Below are positions 12,476 through 21,828 of a DNA stretch of 64,000 nt, piece after piece. The notes beneath the pieces are model-generated. The model was not told the DNA's origin, made no database searches, and saw only the letters and a list, made by a program, of their open reading frames with translations. The stretch comes from a phage. The stretch lies in NCBI GenBank assembly GCA_027262695.1, contig GCA_027262695.1_4722.1; one strand, written 5' to 3'. Position 1 is the first letter of the stretch. Every line of letters begins with the position of its first letter. The translations under genes and the position numbers were made by a program.

Positions 12476-12784
12476 TTAGTGAAGAATTACTGTTTGCGAC
12501 CCTTTCTCGTATTCGGTAAGTAACTCGTCGTACCGACGATCAACTACCATGATCGCATTATCGATCTCTGTCATGTCTGATGCAACAGATCGTTTCGCTT
12601 CCAGTCGATATACTAACGCATCACGCATACCCTCAGCTGCAGCGAGTTCGCAAGTTGCTTGATGTTTATTATCCGAAAAGACGAAGAATGGTTTGTTTTC
12701 TTCATCAGCCAAGAAGTAGTCACGAATCGCAACCAACCTTTCTTCTGGAACCAGTTCACAATTGTTTTCGTTCATTTTCATCAT
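12476..12784 (-). CDS. hypothetical protein
   Basis: 102-aa ORF. Confidence 0.45.
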   Translation of the reverse strand: MMKMNENNCELVPEERLVAIRDYFLADEENKPFFVFSDNKHQATCELAAAEGMRDALVYRLEAKRSVASDMTEIDNAIMVVDRRYDELLTEYEKGSQTVILH

Positions 12785-12789
12785 CTCTC

Positions 12790-13122
12790 TTAAAGTTTTA
12801 ACGTATTGACGCCGCTTATAAAGGCGTTGATTTCATTGTCGATGTTACCGGTTTGCTCGATAATCTTCTCCACCATCAATCTTGGTTTGTTATAAGCAAT
12901 ACTTACAGCATCGGGACCATTCCCATACATGCTCGCCACGTAAATTCGAAGTTCTTTTAAACGATCGAGTAACAACTGTGTGATATCCAGAACTTCTTCT
13001 GTAGCGGTCTGTACGTTGCATTCGCGTAACTTGTGCTCTAACAGCGAAGTCGCAGCATCGAGCATGGATGTGTATTTACGGTAGTTATAAATATCAATTA
13101 TAGCTGTCTGATTCATATACAC
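12790..13122 (-). CDS. hypothetical protein
   Basis: 110-aa ORF. Confidence 0.45.
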   Translation of the reverse strand: MYMNQTAIIDIYNYRKYTSMLDAATSLLEHKLRECNVQTATEEVLDITQLLLDRLKELRIYVASMYGNGPDAVSIAYNKPRLMVEKIIEQTGNIDNEINAFISGVNTLKL

Positions 13123-13127
13123 GTTGT

Positions 13128-13496
13128 TTATTTATCGGGGTCTGGAAAATAGTAAAATCGCCAATGCAACATAGAAATCGCATTTCTTATTCGATTCGCA
13201 CGAACACGACGTCCGAGAAAGGACTTGTAGCAAGAATCGCAATCCATAAACAACTCATGGCTCGATTTCATCAGAACCACGATATCTCTTATATACGAAT
13301 TGCAGTACTCGATAAACGGGTCTGTATCGTACGTATATTTCCTCGCACTACCTATCCCCAACTCTCTATTTAACTCACGACAATTTATCATAAGCTTCAC
13401 ATAACGGATAAGCCGAACGAAGTCACGTAAATTACGATTAAACCAATATCGATACCAAAATGACTGTATACTCCGAACAGTTCTATTTAACTTCAT
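13128..13496 (-). CDS. hypothetical protein
   Basis: 122-aa ORF. Confidence 0.45.
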   Translation of the reverse strand: MKLNRTVRSIQSFWYRYWFNRNLRDFVRLIRYVKLMINCRELNRELGIGSARKYTYDTDPFIEYCNSYIRDIVVLMKSSHELFMDCDSCYKSFLGRRVRANRIRNAISMLHWRFYYFPDPDK

Positions 13497-14124
13497 TGAT
13501 ACCTTCTATTAGTTGTACAGCAACTTCTTTTTCGGTGTTATAAAAGAACTTGCGGTGGAACTGAACAAGAAGCTTTTCGAATTTACATTGAACGATCTTT
13601 TTGCGTTCGATGTGACCCAGGGAGAGCAAAGCACCCATGCAACGTACTGCTTGTTCGAGAACTTGTTTCGCGGTATCGTGATCGTCAGGCAACGGTAAAT
13701 CTTCCTCATCATCTTTAGCGATAAGGCGTCTGATGATGTTATCAATACGTATCTCATCACCGTTAATAAAAGCCCCCTTCTCCCAGTCATCGAATCGTTG
13801 ATGGATTCGACGTTGTAAGTTGGCCCTGTCTTCCATTAACTCTTTCAATTGGTTTTCTAAGTTGAATACGGTACGGCGATCTGTTTCAGTGAATCTTTCC
13901 GATTCTTTGTACCACCAATCATTACGCGCTTGTAAGTCATTAATGCGAGATATTGTCCGACGACACTCACTAACAAGCCCATCACCATTCGGTAGCTCTG
14001 TACCGAAATAGCTTTTGTATTTATAACGCATAACGCGGATTAAACGTTTCGCTAGAAAACCTTGTTTTTCCAGTTTCTTCTTCAGCTGTGTATATTTCTC
14101 TTCTTTTGTTTCCATTAATTCCAT
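13483..14124 (-). CDS. hypothetical protein (charged, coiled-coil-like)
   Basis: 213-aa ORF rich in K/E/R. Confidence 0.45.
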   Translation of the reverse strand: MELMETKEEKYTQLKKKLEKQGFLAKRLIRVMRYKYKSYFGTELPNGDGLVSECRRTISRINDLQARNDWWYKESERFTETDRRTVFNLENQLKELMEDRANLQRRIHQRFDDWEKGAFINGDEIRIDNIIRRLIAKDDEEDLPLPDDHDTAKQVLEQAVRCMGALLSLGHIERKKIVQCKFEKLLVQFHRKFFYNTEKEVAVQLIEGINEVK

Positions 14125-14513
14125 GATGTTGTACCTCGTTCAGCAATCAGGAGAGTCGTGGTTGTGCTTTTCACTAATCTATTAAAGTCTTGATATATCC
14201 GCCTGAGGGATTGTTTTAGATCGCAATAACGGCTGAAATAAACCTTCAAGTCATCTTTTGTCACTGTCTCCGTATTTATTTTCGTAGAAACACCGAGATC
14301 GATAAACTCTTTTCTTAATTGGGATAATTCATCAAGAAGTCGATGGTGGCTTAGATAAATAACAGATTTATCGGATAACAACTCGCCGGTTATCCGGCTC
14401 TGGCGTTCATCGAAATATTGGAGCCGCCATTCAATTCGCTTACGTAATTTATCAAGTAAATCAACAAAAGCGGTATAGCTGTTAACGGCTAGGTTAACTT
14501 GACTCGTTATCAT
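14115..14513 (-). CDS. hypothetical protein
   Basis: 132-aa ORF. Confidence 0.45.
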   Translation of the reverse strand: MITSQVNLAVNSYTAFVDLLDKLRKRIEWRLQYFDERQSRITGELLSDKSVIYLSHHRLLDELSQLRKEFIDLGVSTKINTETVTKDDLKVYFSRYCDLKQSLRRIYQDFNRLVKSTTTTLLIAERGTTSWN

Positions 14514-14860
14514 TCCACTTTCTCCGTTATATGCTTTAAACTGTTACGTATGCTTTTCAATCGATGGTTAAATCCGGAACGATAACATTTCCGTACATCC
14601 CGTGCGGCTCGCGCTTTATTCGCCTGATGAAGCTGTTCATTCACCTGCGACGCTATACGTAAACGCTCTAATAAAGACCTCAACCGAACGACAACCAACG
14701 GCTGTTCTTTCACCTTCTCTAGTTTGAGTAAATAGTCAATATGAAACTTTATTTCGATAATCTGATTCCTGTTTTTGCGGTACTGATGAATATACCAACA
14801 TCGACGAAAATAGGCGATGTTTAGCATCGGGTAGATCCTTTTCAACGCTACCTCCAACAA
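14510..14860 (-). CDS. hypothetical protein
   Basis: 116-aa ORF. Confidence 0.45.
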   Translation of the reverse strand: MLEVALKRIYPMLNIAYFRRCWYIHQYRKNRNQIIEIKFHIDYLLKLEKVKEQPLVVVRLRSLLERLRIASQVNEQLHQANKARAARDVRKCYRSGFNHRLKSIRNSLKHITEKVE

Positions 14861-15045
14861 TACATCGGATTAGGCGCTTTATGGTATTTATAGATACCTA
14901 CTTTCTTCTGTTTGTCTTTACCAGGTCCTCGCTTAACGCGTTTGTTGAAAACACGATCCAAATATCGAGTAGCTATAAATCTGGACAAATACACCGGATC
15001 GATATAATCCATGGTACCTGCTTCTGTTTCTTCGAGACACTGCAT
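14848..15045 (-). CDS. hypothetical protein
   Basis: 65-aa ORF. Confidence 0.3.
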   Translation of the reverse strand: MQCLEETEAGTMDYIDPVYLSRFIATRYLDRVFNKRVKRGPGKDKQKKVGIYKYHKAPNPMYCWR

Positions 15046-15071
15046 CCGTAACTCCTCTTTCCTCTAAGAAA

Positions 15072-15275
15072 TCAATCCAACATAAGCCACGGCATCGCTT
15101 TCACGAGAGAATCCAATGCAACGTCCATGATTCTTCGTTCCGACGTTTGTGTGATGCGTGCCGTAAATCGCTTTCCTTTATTACAACCCTTCTTGTATTT
15201 CCCTTTGATATAACGAACACCAATCGTGTCACGAATAACAAGTTTGGCTACGTCGTAGGGCGATATCTTAGTCAC
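15072..15275 (-). CDS. hypothetical protein
   Basis: 67-aa basic ORF. Confidence 0.3.
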   Translation of the reverse strand: MTKISPYDVAKLVIRDTIGVRYIKGKYKKGCNKGKRFTARITQTSERRIMDVALDSLVKAMPWLMLD

Positions 15276-15450
15276 CGTGTTTACCTCAAGTAGAGAAGGT
15301 TATCGGCTTTATTTCTACCTGTCCGTACATCCAGGTGTATCTCGATTTTCCTTTACGAGGACCTTTCTTAAATTTGGTGCTTATCGAAATACGATAACAG
15401 TACGACCAGGTCGCATGATTTATAGTGATCTTGTCCGCCATGCCTTACCC

Positions 15451-15744
15451 TCAGTGCAATTGTTTCTTAAACCCAGCATTAAGGAGCTGGGTTCTTTCAT
15501 CGATAGTATCCAACGTGGTCAATAACAACCTGCGTTGTTCTTTCGTCAACATCTCTCCTTTAAGACGCTGTTCTATTTCTATCTTCAGTAGCATCGGCAT
15601 CGTTTGCGATAGCACGCTATCCGCTTCTATCTCGTAATTATCTTCCGGCGTGGGTAATACATCACTAACACCGACAAGATAATGGCCGATAACGGTCCGT
15701 CGTCTTTCCATTGCCTCCAGCAGTTCGCTGCTCACTTCATCCAC
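15451..15744 (-). CDS. hypothetical protein
   Basis: 97-aa ORF; AAAGGAGG RBS after palindromic hairpin. Confidence 0.45.
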   Translation of the reverse strand: MDEVSSELLEAMERRRTVIGHYLVGVSDVLPTPEDNYEIEADSVLSQTMPMLLKIEIEQRLKGEMLTKEQRRLLLTTLDTIDERTQLLNAGFKKQLH

Positions 15745-15759
15745 GATTATCCTCCTTTA

Positions 15760-15781
15760 AGGGCGAGGTACCTCGCCCTTA
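15760..15781 (-). terminator. palindromic hairpin after thyA
   Basis: TTAAGGGCGAGGTACCTCGCCCTTAA. Confidence 0.4.
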
Positions 15782-15787
15782 AGATCT

Positions 15788-16084
15788 TTATACCGCTACT
15801 TGTGCTTTAATAGCAGGGTGTGATTGATATCCGACGAACACGAAGTCTTCGTAACGGTAATCCGTGATACTCTCTGGTTTCCGCACAATTTTCAGTTTTG
15901 GTAACGGATACGGCTCACGACTAAGTTGTTCTTTAACCTGTTCGAAGTGGTTATGGTAGATGTGACAATCTCCACCTGTCCACACGAACTCCCCAACGTC
16001 CATATTCAGCTGTTGGGCGATCATGTGTGTCAACAGCGAATATGATGCGATGTTGAACGGAACACCTAAAAATACGTCAGCACT
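15788..16084 (-). CDS. thyA: thymidylate synthase, exon 2
   Basis: [25 protein letters not shown]...[10 protein letters not shown] matches ThyA C-terminal region. Confidence 0.85.
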   Translation of the reverse strand, partial: SADVFLGVPFNIASYSLLTHMIAQQLNMDVGEFVWTGGDCHIYHNHFEQVKEQLSREPYPLPKLKIVRKPESITDYRYEDFVFVGYQSHPAIKAQVAV

Positions 16085-17191
16085 CATTCTGTTCAGATAA
16101 GGTCGTTAGTCTTATCCCGTTATGTTAACCGCTGTAGATTATCTCTACAGTTCGGACTATATCACGATCTCCTTCCCTGGAGACCCCTCCCGTTTCACAC
16201 CCACTTGGGCGTTACGCTACTCATCACTATTTTCATTCATCCGTTTAGTGCTTTCGCTAGTCTCTGGGCATTCTTCTACAAGTCTGTACGATTCAAATTT
16301 GGGATTTTTACTGCCTAATCGATAAAGTATCGTTGCCGGAACAACGCCTAACTGCCGAGCCGCTTCAGTTAGAGAGACGTACTCGATTCCATCGATTTCC
16401 ACTTTACGTGCGTTAAGTGGAATATTCCCTCTATTCCTTTCGGCGATGAGACGGCGCGTTTCTTCGCTATGATGTCGACCATAGAACGGATTCCTTTCTC
16501 CGGTTCTGGTTTTCGCAAACTCCGACATCTTTCGACGTGTTTCGTCACTGACTTTTACCCCTAAACGTCTCGCTCTGGATGCAGCAATATTCTCAGGAGT
16601 ACACACTTTTTGTCGAATGAGTTCACGTGTTTCAGGCGTATGTGTTCGACCATACATCCCGTTACGTTCACCGGGTTTTCCGTACACTATACGACGCTCC
16701 TCTGCTGTTAAGGATGCGTTTCTTTTGTTAACAGCATAAGCTATCTTATCGATTATTTTGTCACGGTCTGGGTTTCTGGTGAGGTTGTCTCCGCCTACGA
16801 CACCCAACCCAATATTAAGCAAAGCTTCATTCGGTAGACAGTCAATGAACTTCTGCTCTAAAGCATATGCTTCTTCACGAGAAGCGCATTCATCGACCGT
16901 AACCGAGATAAAGCAGCCCTTATTATAGGCATTTTGTAATCGACTGTTTCGATGAACACCGCGACGCAAATTCGATTTGTGATCCACTAAGCGTTGCTTT
17001 AAATTGTTGGTACTACCAACATAGACATCACCATCTTGGGTACATAACCGATATACTACTGGTTTTTTCATACTGCCTCCTTTATAAGAGAGACAGACAT
17101 GTAGAAGGTTAGCAACGGATTAGCCCGTAGGCTTTCCCGTTTTAAGGAGGTTATTCGACGTAGCTCACGCTACGAAGGCGCAGTTGCATTT
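16085..17191 (-). mobile_element. group I intron (td-type) in thyA
   Basis: Minus-strand P-like AAAACGGGAAAGCC (17143-17130), R-like CAGAGACTAGCG (16266-16257), S-like GATATAGTCCG (16164-16154); exon 1 ends CGT, IGS GCGC; ORF after QR is read-through (KCNCAFVA). Confidence 0.75.
16217..17071 (-). CDS. GIY-YIG homing endonuclease (intron-encoded)
   Basis: N-terminal VYRLCTQDGDVYVGSTNNLKQRLVDH (GIY-YIG), repeated RNGMYGRTHTPETR / RNPFYGRHHSEETR NUMOD-like motifs; AAAGGAGG RBS. Confidence 0.8.
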   Translation of the reverse strand: MKKPVVYRLCTQDGDVYVGSTNNLKQRLVDHKSNLRRGVHRNSRLQNAYNKGCFISVTVDECASREEAYALEQKFIDCLPNEALLNIGLGVVGGDNLTRNPDRDKIIDKIAYAVNKRNASLTAEERRIVYGKPGERNGMYGRTHTPETRELIRQKVCTPENIAASRARRLGVKVSDETRRKMSEFAKTRTGERNPFYGRHHSEETRRLIAERNRGNIPLNARKVEIDGIEYVSLTEAARQLGVVPATILYRLGSKNPKFESYRLVEECPETSESTKRMNENSDE

Positions 17192-17914
17192 ACGCTGATA
17201 AAGCTGACACGACAGTGCGCGCGTAGGTACGTTATGCGCATTCAACCAGAGTTCGGTTTCGCTCTGTTTAACGTCGTCAGTAACCCATCGTGCCCTTAGC
17301 GCATCGTTACGGTGGACGTAATAAACACGTTCGTCGATGGTGAGCTCGTGAGTGTAGAACTGATAGAAACTATGGCATGCGGGAAGCGCCATATCGTCTA
17401 AATCGCCTACGTTCCATGCACTAACGATAATCCGCCGAGAATCAGGATCTTCTTTGAGTTGACGCATCACGTTTGCAATTTGGTCATGGTGTTTAACATA
17501 CAAGAGATGTTTGACCATACCGTCGTTAACAATACCGCAATACTCATAACCACGTTGCATCAAAGTACGGGTACGTTCTGTATCATGCGGAACAACCACT
17601 TTGTAGTCAATCCATTCTCGCCATTGTCTGCCGTAAATCGGTCCTAGATTCCCTTCCTTATCAGCCCACTCATTCCAGATGCGAACACCATTATCCTGAA
17701 GATAAGCAACGTTTGTGTCGCCGTTAAGAAACCAGAGCAGTTCGTGGATAACGCTCTTAAGGTGAATCTTCTTAGTGGTTACCAGCGGGAATCCTTTCTT
17801 CAAGTCAAAACGCATTTGACGCCCGAATACCGAACGGGTACCGGTACCTGTACGATCGGCCTTATCGCGACCGTTATCCATGATGTCTTGCAAAAGGTCC
17901 AAATACTGTTTCAT
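17192..17914 (-). CDS. thyA: thymidylate synthase, exon 1
   Basis: [61 protein letters not shown] match ThyA. Confidence 0.85.
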
Positions 17915-18187
17915 TTTAATCCTCTAAGTGTTTCAAGTAGTTCCTGAAATTTGTAACGATATTTAGGATCGCTTAACGTGCAGCAGCAACCATGTAACAC
18001 GTTATACGCGTAATCGGCTTGTAAACCACGAACCTTAGGATCCAATGATAGATTCAATGACGCACCATCAAAAATCCACGCTTCAATGTTCTTCTTGGAT
18101 TCCTTCGTTAACGTCGTTTTTCACCTCGTCGTAAAAGTAAATAGAGTTTTGTCGAGACGCCCTAATTACATACAACGTCGGTTATCC

Positions 18188-19069
18188 TCAGTAACAGTTA
18201 TAATGGGTTCCAAGCCGCTCCGGTTTTCTCAGAAGACTATCTTTAAGCGGTACGACGTCGATATCAACGTTTTCTGAATAATAACCATTAGAACTACCAT
18301 ACCAACGAATAACAACACATCCTTTTGCTGTACGAATATGGTAAAATGTCCATCGCGTACGTTTGCAAAAGTCGTCATCCTCGTCTCTTTCCTCGGTTCT
18401 TTCTTCAGCGCTAAGTATCTTCTCACCAATAATGTCGTTAAGATCGCCATCGATGTCTTCAAGGTACACTTTTTCACAGCAATCTTGCTTATGGCAGAAT
18501 TCAACAACGTTCCCATCGCCCCGATAGAAAAGAAGGGCAATGCTGTATTGTAGCTGTTCGGCCGTTAAGTCTGTCGCGCAATACAAACTTTGATCTTCGG
18601 TTATCACCAAGACATTGTTGATTACGTGTCCGGCAAGCGCTCCGATCTTATTTACCGTGATAATCGGACGAACCGGTTCAGGTTGAACGATAGGGATACG
18701 AACACAGCCAATTAAAGCCATCCGTCCTTTCTTTGGTCTAACCGCAAGGTAAGGTGATTTTCTTGGGTGGTTATGTAGTCGTATTTCTACCTCGTTGAAT
18801 TTAATCCCGTATATACCCAAAAACCGATCGAACAGTTTATGAAATTCCTCGGTTGCCTCTTGCAGTGTGATGTTATTTACTGTGAGTTTATGTCCCCTGA
18901 ACACCCGGGTTAAATCGATAACATCCAGTGTTTTGAAATATATTTCCGTAAGGGGATGACCCGTGTTTTCCAGGTAAGTAATTGTTCTTTGAACCACGAT
19001 TTTAGGTGGTGTGCCTTTAAAACGTTTCAGATATTTAACACGATAACGGGTATGATCCGATGTTAACAT
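18188..19069 (-). CDS. hypothetical protein
   Basis: Start set to ATG 19069 after GGAGAGGAG RBS (ORF track start 19168 lies in a hairpin). Confidence 0.5.
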   Translation of the reverse strand: MLTSDHTRYRVKYLKRFKGTPPKIVVQRTITYLENTGHPLTEIYFKTLDVIDLTRVFRGHKLTVNNITLQEATEEFHKLFDRFLGIYGIKFNEVEIRLHNHPRKSPYLAVRPKKGRMALIGCVRIPIVQPEPVRPIITVNKIGALAGHVINNVLVITEDQSLYCATDLTAEQLQYSIALLFYRGDGNVVEFCHKQDCCEKVYLEDIDGDLNDIIGEKILSAEERTEERDEDDDFCKRTRWTFYHIRTAKGCVVIRWYGSSNGYYSENVDIDVVPLKDSLLRKPERLGTHYNCY

Positions 19070-19135
19070 TTTAATCTCCTCTCCTGGCTTCAGAGAATTC
19101 TTAAAATCCGTTAGTTTTGATAGATAGGGTAAGAC

Positions 19136-19164
19136 GGCATAAAAGCCTCCCATTACGGGAGGCT
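19136..19164 (-). terminator. GC hairpin followed by TTTTATGCCG box
   Basis: Minus strand GCCTCCCGTAATGGGAGGC TTTTATGCCGTC. Confidence 0.55.
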
Positions 19165-19176
19165 TCATTAATCAGC

Positions 19177-19725
19177 TTATTTCACAAGAACAGCGAATTC
19201 GAGAACGTAAATAGCTTCATCGTCCATCGGATTTGTTGTGGTATAACCAACGAAGCAATAGCCCATAACCGCGATAAACTCGCTAAGTTTATCGATGACT
19301 GATGCCCCGATACGATCGTCAACAGACAGACGACATTTACGGGTTATGTTTTGCCCGCGAGGAACACCAGCCAACACGGATAGAAAATGTACGATCCGGT
19401 TATTGGTTGTGAACTGTACGTAATCATCGTAGTGCTTAAGGTCTTTCATCGCAGACTCTACAGTCATCCGACGACCAGGTGACACATACTCAGAATAAGA
19501 ATAAGCTGCAATCGTGCGGCGGTCTTCAGTGAGGTAAGTATTCCCTTCGGGATGATAGCTCTCGATTGTTCCGTCTTCATAGGCGACGGTTACAACAGGT
19601 GCGCCGTACTCGTCGCGACCAAAATCAATTTTACATTTATTTGAAAGCGGTAGAACCGTACAAGGCTTTGCATTGTTCTCATCAGGGAGATCGTAACCAC
19701 TCATCATTTTCAAGAACATAGACAT
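19177..19725 (-). CDS. hypothetical protein, member 1 of three-gene tandem paralog family
   Basis: N-terminal MSMFLKMMSGYDLPDENNAKP...GNTYLTEDRRTIAAYSYSEY shared with next two genes. Confidence 0.55.
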   Translation of the reverse strand: MSMFLKMMSGYDLPDENNAKPCTVLPLSNKCKIDFGRDEYGAPVVTVAYEDGTIESYHPEGNTYLTEDRRTIAAYSYSEYVSPGRRMTVESAMKDLKHYDDYVQFTTNNRIVHFLSVLAGVPRGQNITRKCRLSVDDRIGASVIDKLSEFIAVMGYCFVGYTTTNPMDDEAIYVLEFAVLVK

Positions 19726-19777
19726 AATAGAACCTCATGATAATAAATAATAGAAATGATAGATAGTACAACAAATT

Positions 19778-19801
19778 GAGGGGGTATTATCCCACCCCCT
19801 C
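19778..19801 (-). terminator. GC hairpin
   Basis: GAGGGGGT..ACCCCCTC between paralog genes. Confidence 0.45.
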
Positions 19802-19811
19802 GCAGGGATTA

Positions 19812-20345
19812 CTACTTAACGATCGCGATGATTTTTCCGCCAGCACCGGCGTAATATGCCGTTAACTTACCAGTAAACAACTCTTGTAAAAGACGATTTA
19901 CATGACTAACAAAGTTAGGATTGTCTGATTTTACAAACTCGATGTGGCGCGTTTGTTTTATATCACGATCGATTAAGCGGATTTCCAACAACGCATGAAT
20001 AAGGTTATCGTCAAGTTCACCGTTCGCATCCAGCACTCCCCCGTACGTCGTAGCACGGGCGTCTGCATACATACGGTCAACATCATCCTTCCCAAAACAA
20101 CTGGAATAGGTATACGTTGCGATGGTATTACCATTATCCATCACGTAAACGTTACCGCCTGGGTAATCGATAAATCGTTGAGACTTATCGCCGTGAGCTA
20201 CGAACTCCAACATCGGTTTACCCAACGAATTACGGTTGAATTCAATTGTGGTCAAGCGATCTGGTACCACATGCAACGTAAATGGTTTTGCATTGTTCCG
20301 ATCGCTAGTATCACAGTTACCCATTACTTTAATAACAACACTCAT
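19812..20345 (-). CDS. hypothetical protein, member 2 of three-gene tandem paralog family
   Basis: MSVVIKVMGNCDTSDRNNAKP...GNVYVMDNGNTIATYTYSS. Confidence 0.55.
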   Translation of the reverse strand: MSVVIKVMGNCDTSDRNNAKPFTLHVVPDRLTTIEFNRNSLGKPMLEFVAHGDKSQRFIDYPGGNVYVMDNGNTIATYTYSSCFGKDDVDRMYADARATTYGGVLDANGELDDNLIHALLEIRLIDRDIKQTRHIEFVKSDNPNFVSHVNRLLQELFTGKLTAYYAGAGGKIIAIVK

Positions 20346-20378
20346 GTTTTATTCCTTAGTAGTCCTAGTAGTAGTAAT

Positions 20379-20402
20379 GAAGGGGATTTAACCCTCCCCT
20401 TC
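20379..20402 (-). terminator. GC hairpin
   Basis: GAAGGGGA...TCCCCTTC between paralog genes. Confidence 0.45.
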
Positions 20403-20417
20403 AAGGGTTAACATGTA

Positions 20418-21017
20418 TCACCAAACCGATTGGTTATTTTCCACTGAAGGTAAAACAACAATATACATTACCGTTCTTTCGGTCGATGTATTTTCCGGTT
20501 CTGGATAAATAAACTTAATGTTGGGATAACCACAATCGCCGAACAGTTTTTTCAGCAATGGAGTTTGACTCTCCGTCACTTTAACTGGACCCACGCTATA
20601 TCTCGACAGACGGATATTAAACGCGCGAATTGGTTCATCTAAACATTTAGGAGGCGTATGTTTCAATGCTAGAAGCATATGTTCAATGTGTAGACATTTA
20701 ATATCCGCCGGTAAATTCTGGTATGAATCCAAGCCTTGGAGAAAATCAAGCGTCGCTTTACAATCTTCGGCGCTAAATTTTTCTTCGAACTCAAACTTAG
20801 ATACCGTCGTTTTACCATCGACAACATAAGTATTACCTGTCGGAGAAAACGATCTTTTTGTTTTATCATTCATGACAACGTTAATGAATGGATTCCCTGT
20901 AGGATCGCGACTGAATTCAATACAAGCTCCGTCGGGAACGGGATATAAATTGAAAGGACGATTAGCATCGGCAATTTCGTTAGAATGTCCGTTAATCATT
21001 TTCAAATAAATAGTCAT
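20418..21017 (-). CDS. hypothetical protein, member 3 of three-gene tandem paralog family
   Basis: MTIYLKMINGHSNEIADANRP...GNTYVVDGKTTVSKFEFEE. Confidence 0.55.
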   Translation of the reverse strand: MTIYLKMINGHSNEIADANRPFNLYPVPDGACIEFSRDPTGNPFINVVMNDKTKRSFSPTGNTYVVDGKTTVSKFEFEEKFSAEDCKATLDFLQGLDSYQNLPADIKCLHIEHMLLALKHTPPKCLDEPIRAFNIRLSRYSVGPVKVTESQTPLLKKLFGDCGYPNIKFIYPEPENTSTERTVMYIVVLPSVENNQSVW

Positions 21018-21098
21018 TTGATACCTCGGTAAATAAGTAGTTAAAGTAAGTAGTATTGAGGAATTTCACCTCATTAGATAATCTATTTTGGTAATGTT

Positions 21099-21410
21099 TT
21101 ACTGAAACAAGACATTAAATTCGACAAGATACCCATCGGATCTATCGCCACGATACCTGTTACAGAAAACGCCGAATTTCATCAAGAACTCACATAACTC
21201 TTCGGCTTTGTATAACGGAATACGATTTTCGTCGAGCAGAGGACACATATGGCTAACCCGCTCTGACGAATCAACGCAACACAAATAAAGAAGGAATCGA
21301 ACAATAGCTCGGTTCTTAGTGAAGCTCTCGAATTCACCCGCAGCTCTGAACTCATCGAGGAGCTTTGTCGTTTTCTTCAATCGTTCACGATCAAGCATGT
21401 TAACCTCCAT
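21099..21410 (-). CDS. hypothetical protein
   Basis: 103-aa ORF. Confidence 0.45.
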   Translation of the reverse strand: MEVNMLDRERLKKTTKLLDEFRAAGEFESFTKNRAIVRFLLYLCCVDSSERVSHMCPLLDENRIPLYKAEELCEFLMKFGVFCNRYRGDRSDGYLVEFNVLFQ

Positions 21411-21420
21411 ACAAACATAA

Positions 21421-21453
21421 CCCTCCTCCTTCCCTTACGGGTTGGAGGAGGGG
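21421..21453 (-). terminator. GC hairpin followed by TTATG
   Basis: CCCTCCTCC...GGAGGAGGG; near-identical to hairpin at 60683. Confidence 0.5.
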
Positions 21454-21462
21454 ATTATGCTG

Positions 21463-21777
21463 TTATTCTGTTTTAGGTGACGAACCGTTCTTCTTGAAGT
21501 CGGATTCGTATTTCACATTAGAATCGAGAACCTCACGAACGGTTTTATCTGTACAACCGCGGGCGATATACGCGTTCAAATCGTCACGCAATTTACGCAT
21601 CGTTGTTTTATCCACATCAGAAACATCTGACTTGGTAAGACGGAATGCAATCGCATCACGAATTTTATTCAACGTTGCTGGATTATTACGCTGCTCTGCA
21701 AATACCGCTTTGATGAAGGTACCGCTGTCTTTCGAAGCAACGGCAGCATCAAGAATCTCAATATGCTTTTCAGACAT
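21463..21777 (-). CDS. hypothetical protein
   Basis: 104-aa ORF. Confidence 0.45.
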   Translation of the reverse strand: MSEKHIEILDAAVASKDSGTFIKAVFAEQRNNPATLNKIRDAIAFRLTKSDVSDVDKTTMRKLRDDLNAYIARGCTDKTVREVLDSNVKYESDFKKNGSSPKTE

Positions 21778-21828
21778 TTTCTTTCCTTTAATAAACGATC
21801 ATCGTCATATTCATTGTGCAGGATACCG

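Noticed and set aside
19144-19164. GGGAGG in hairpin stems as Shine-Dalgarno sequences for the ATG of the following TATGCCG box
   Set aside because: The ATG of the box is usually out of frame or followed quickly by a stop, and real starts with their own RBS lie further downstream (e.g. 19069, 27802, 7414).
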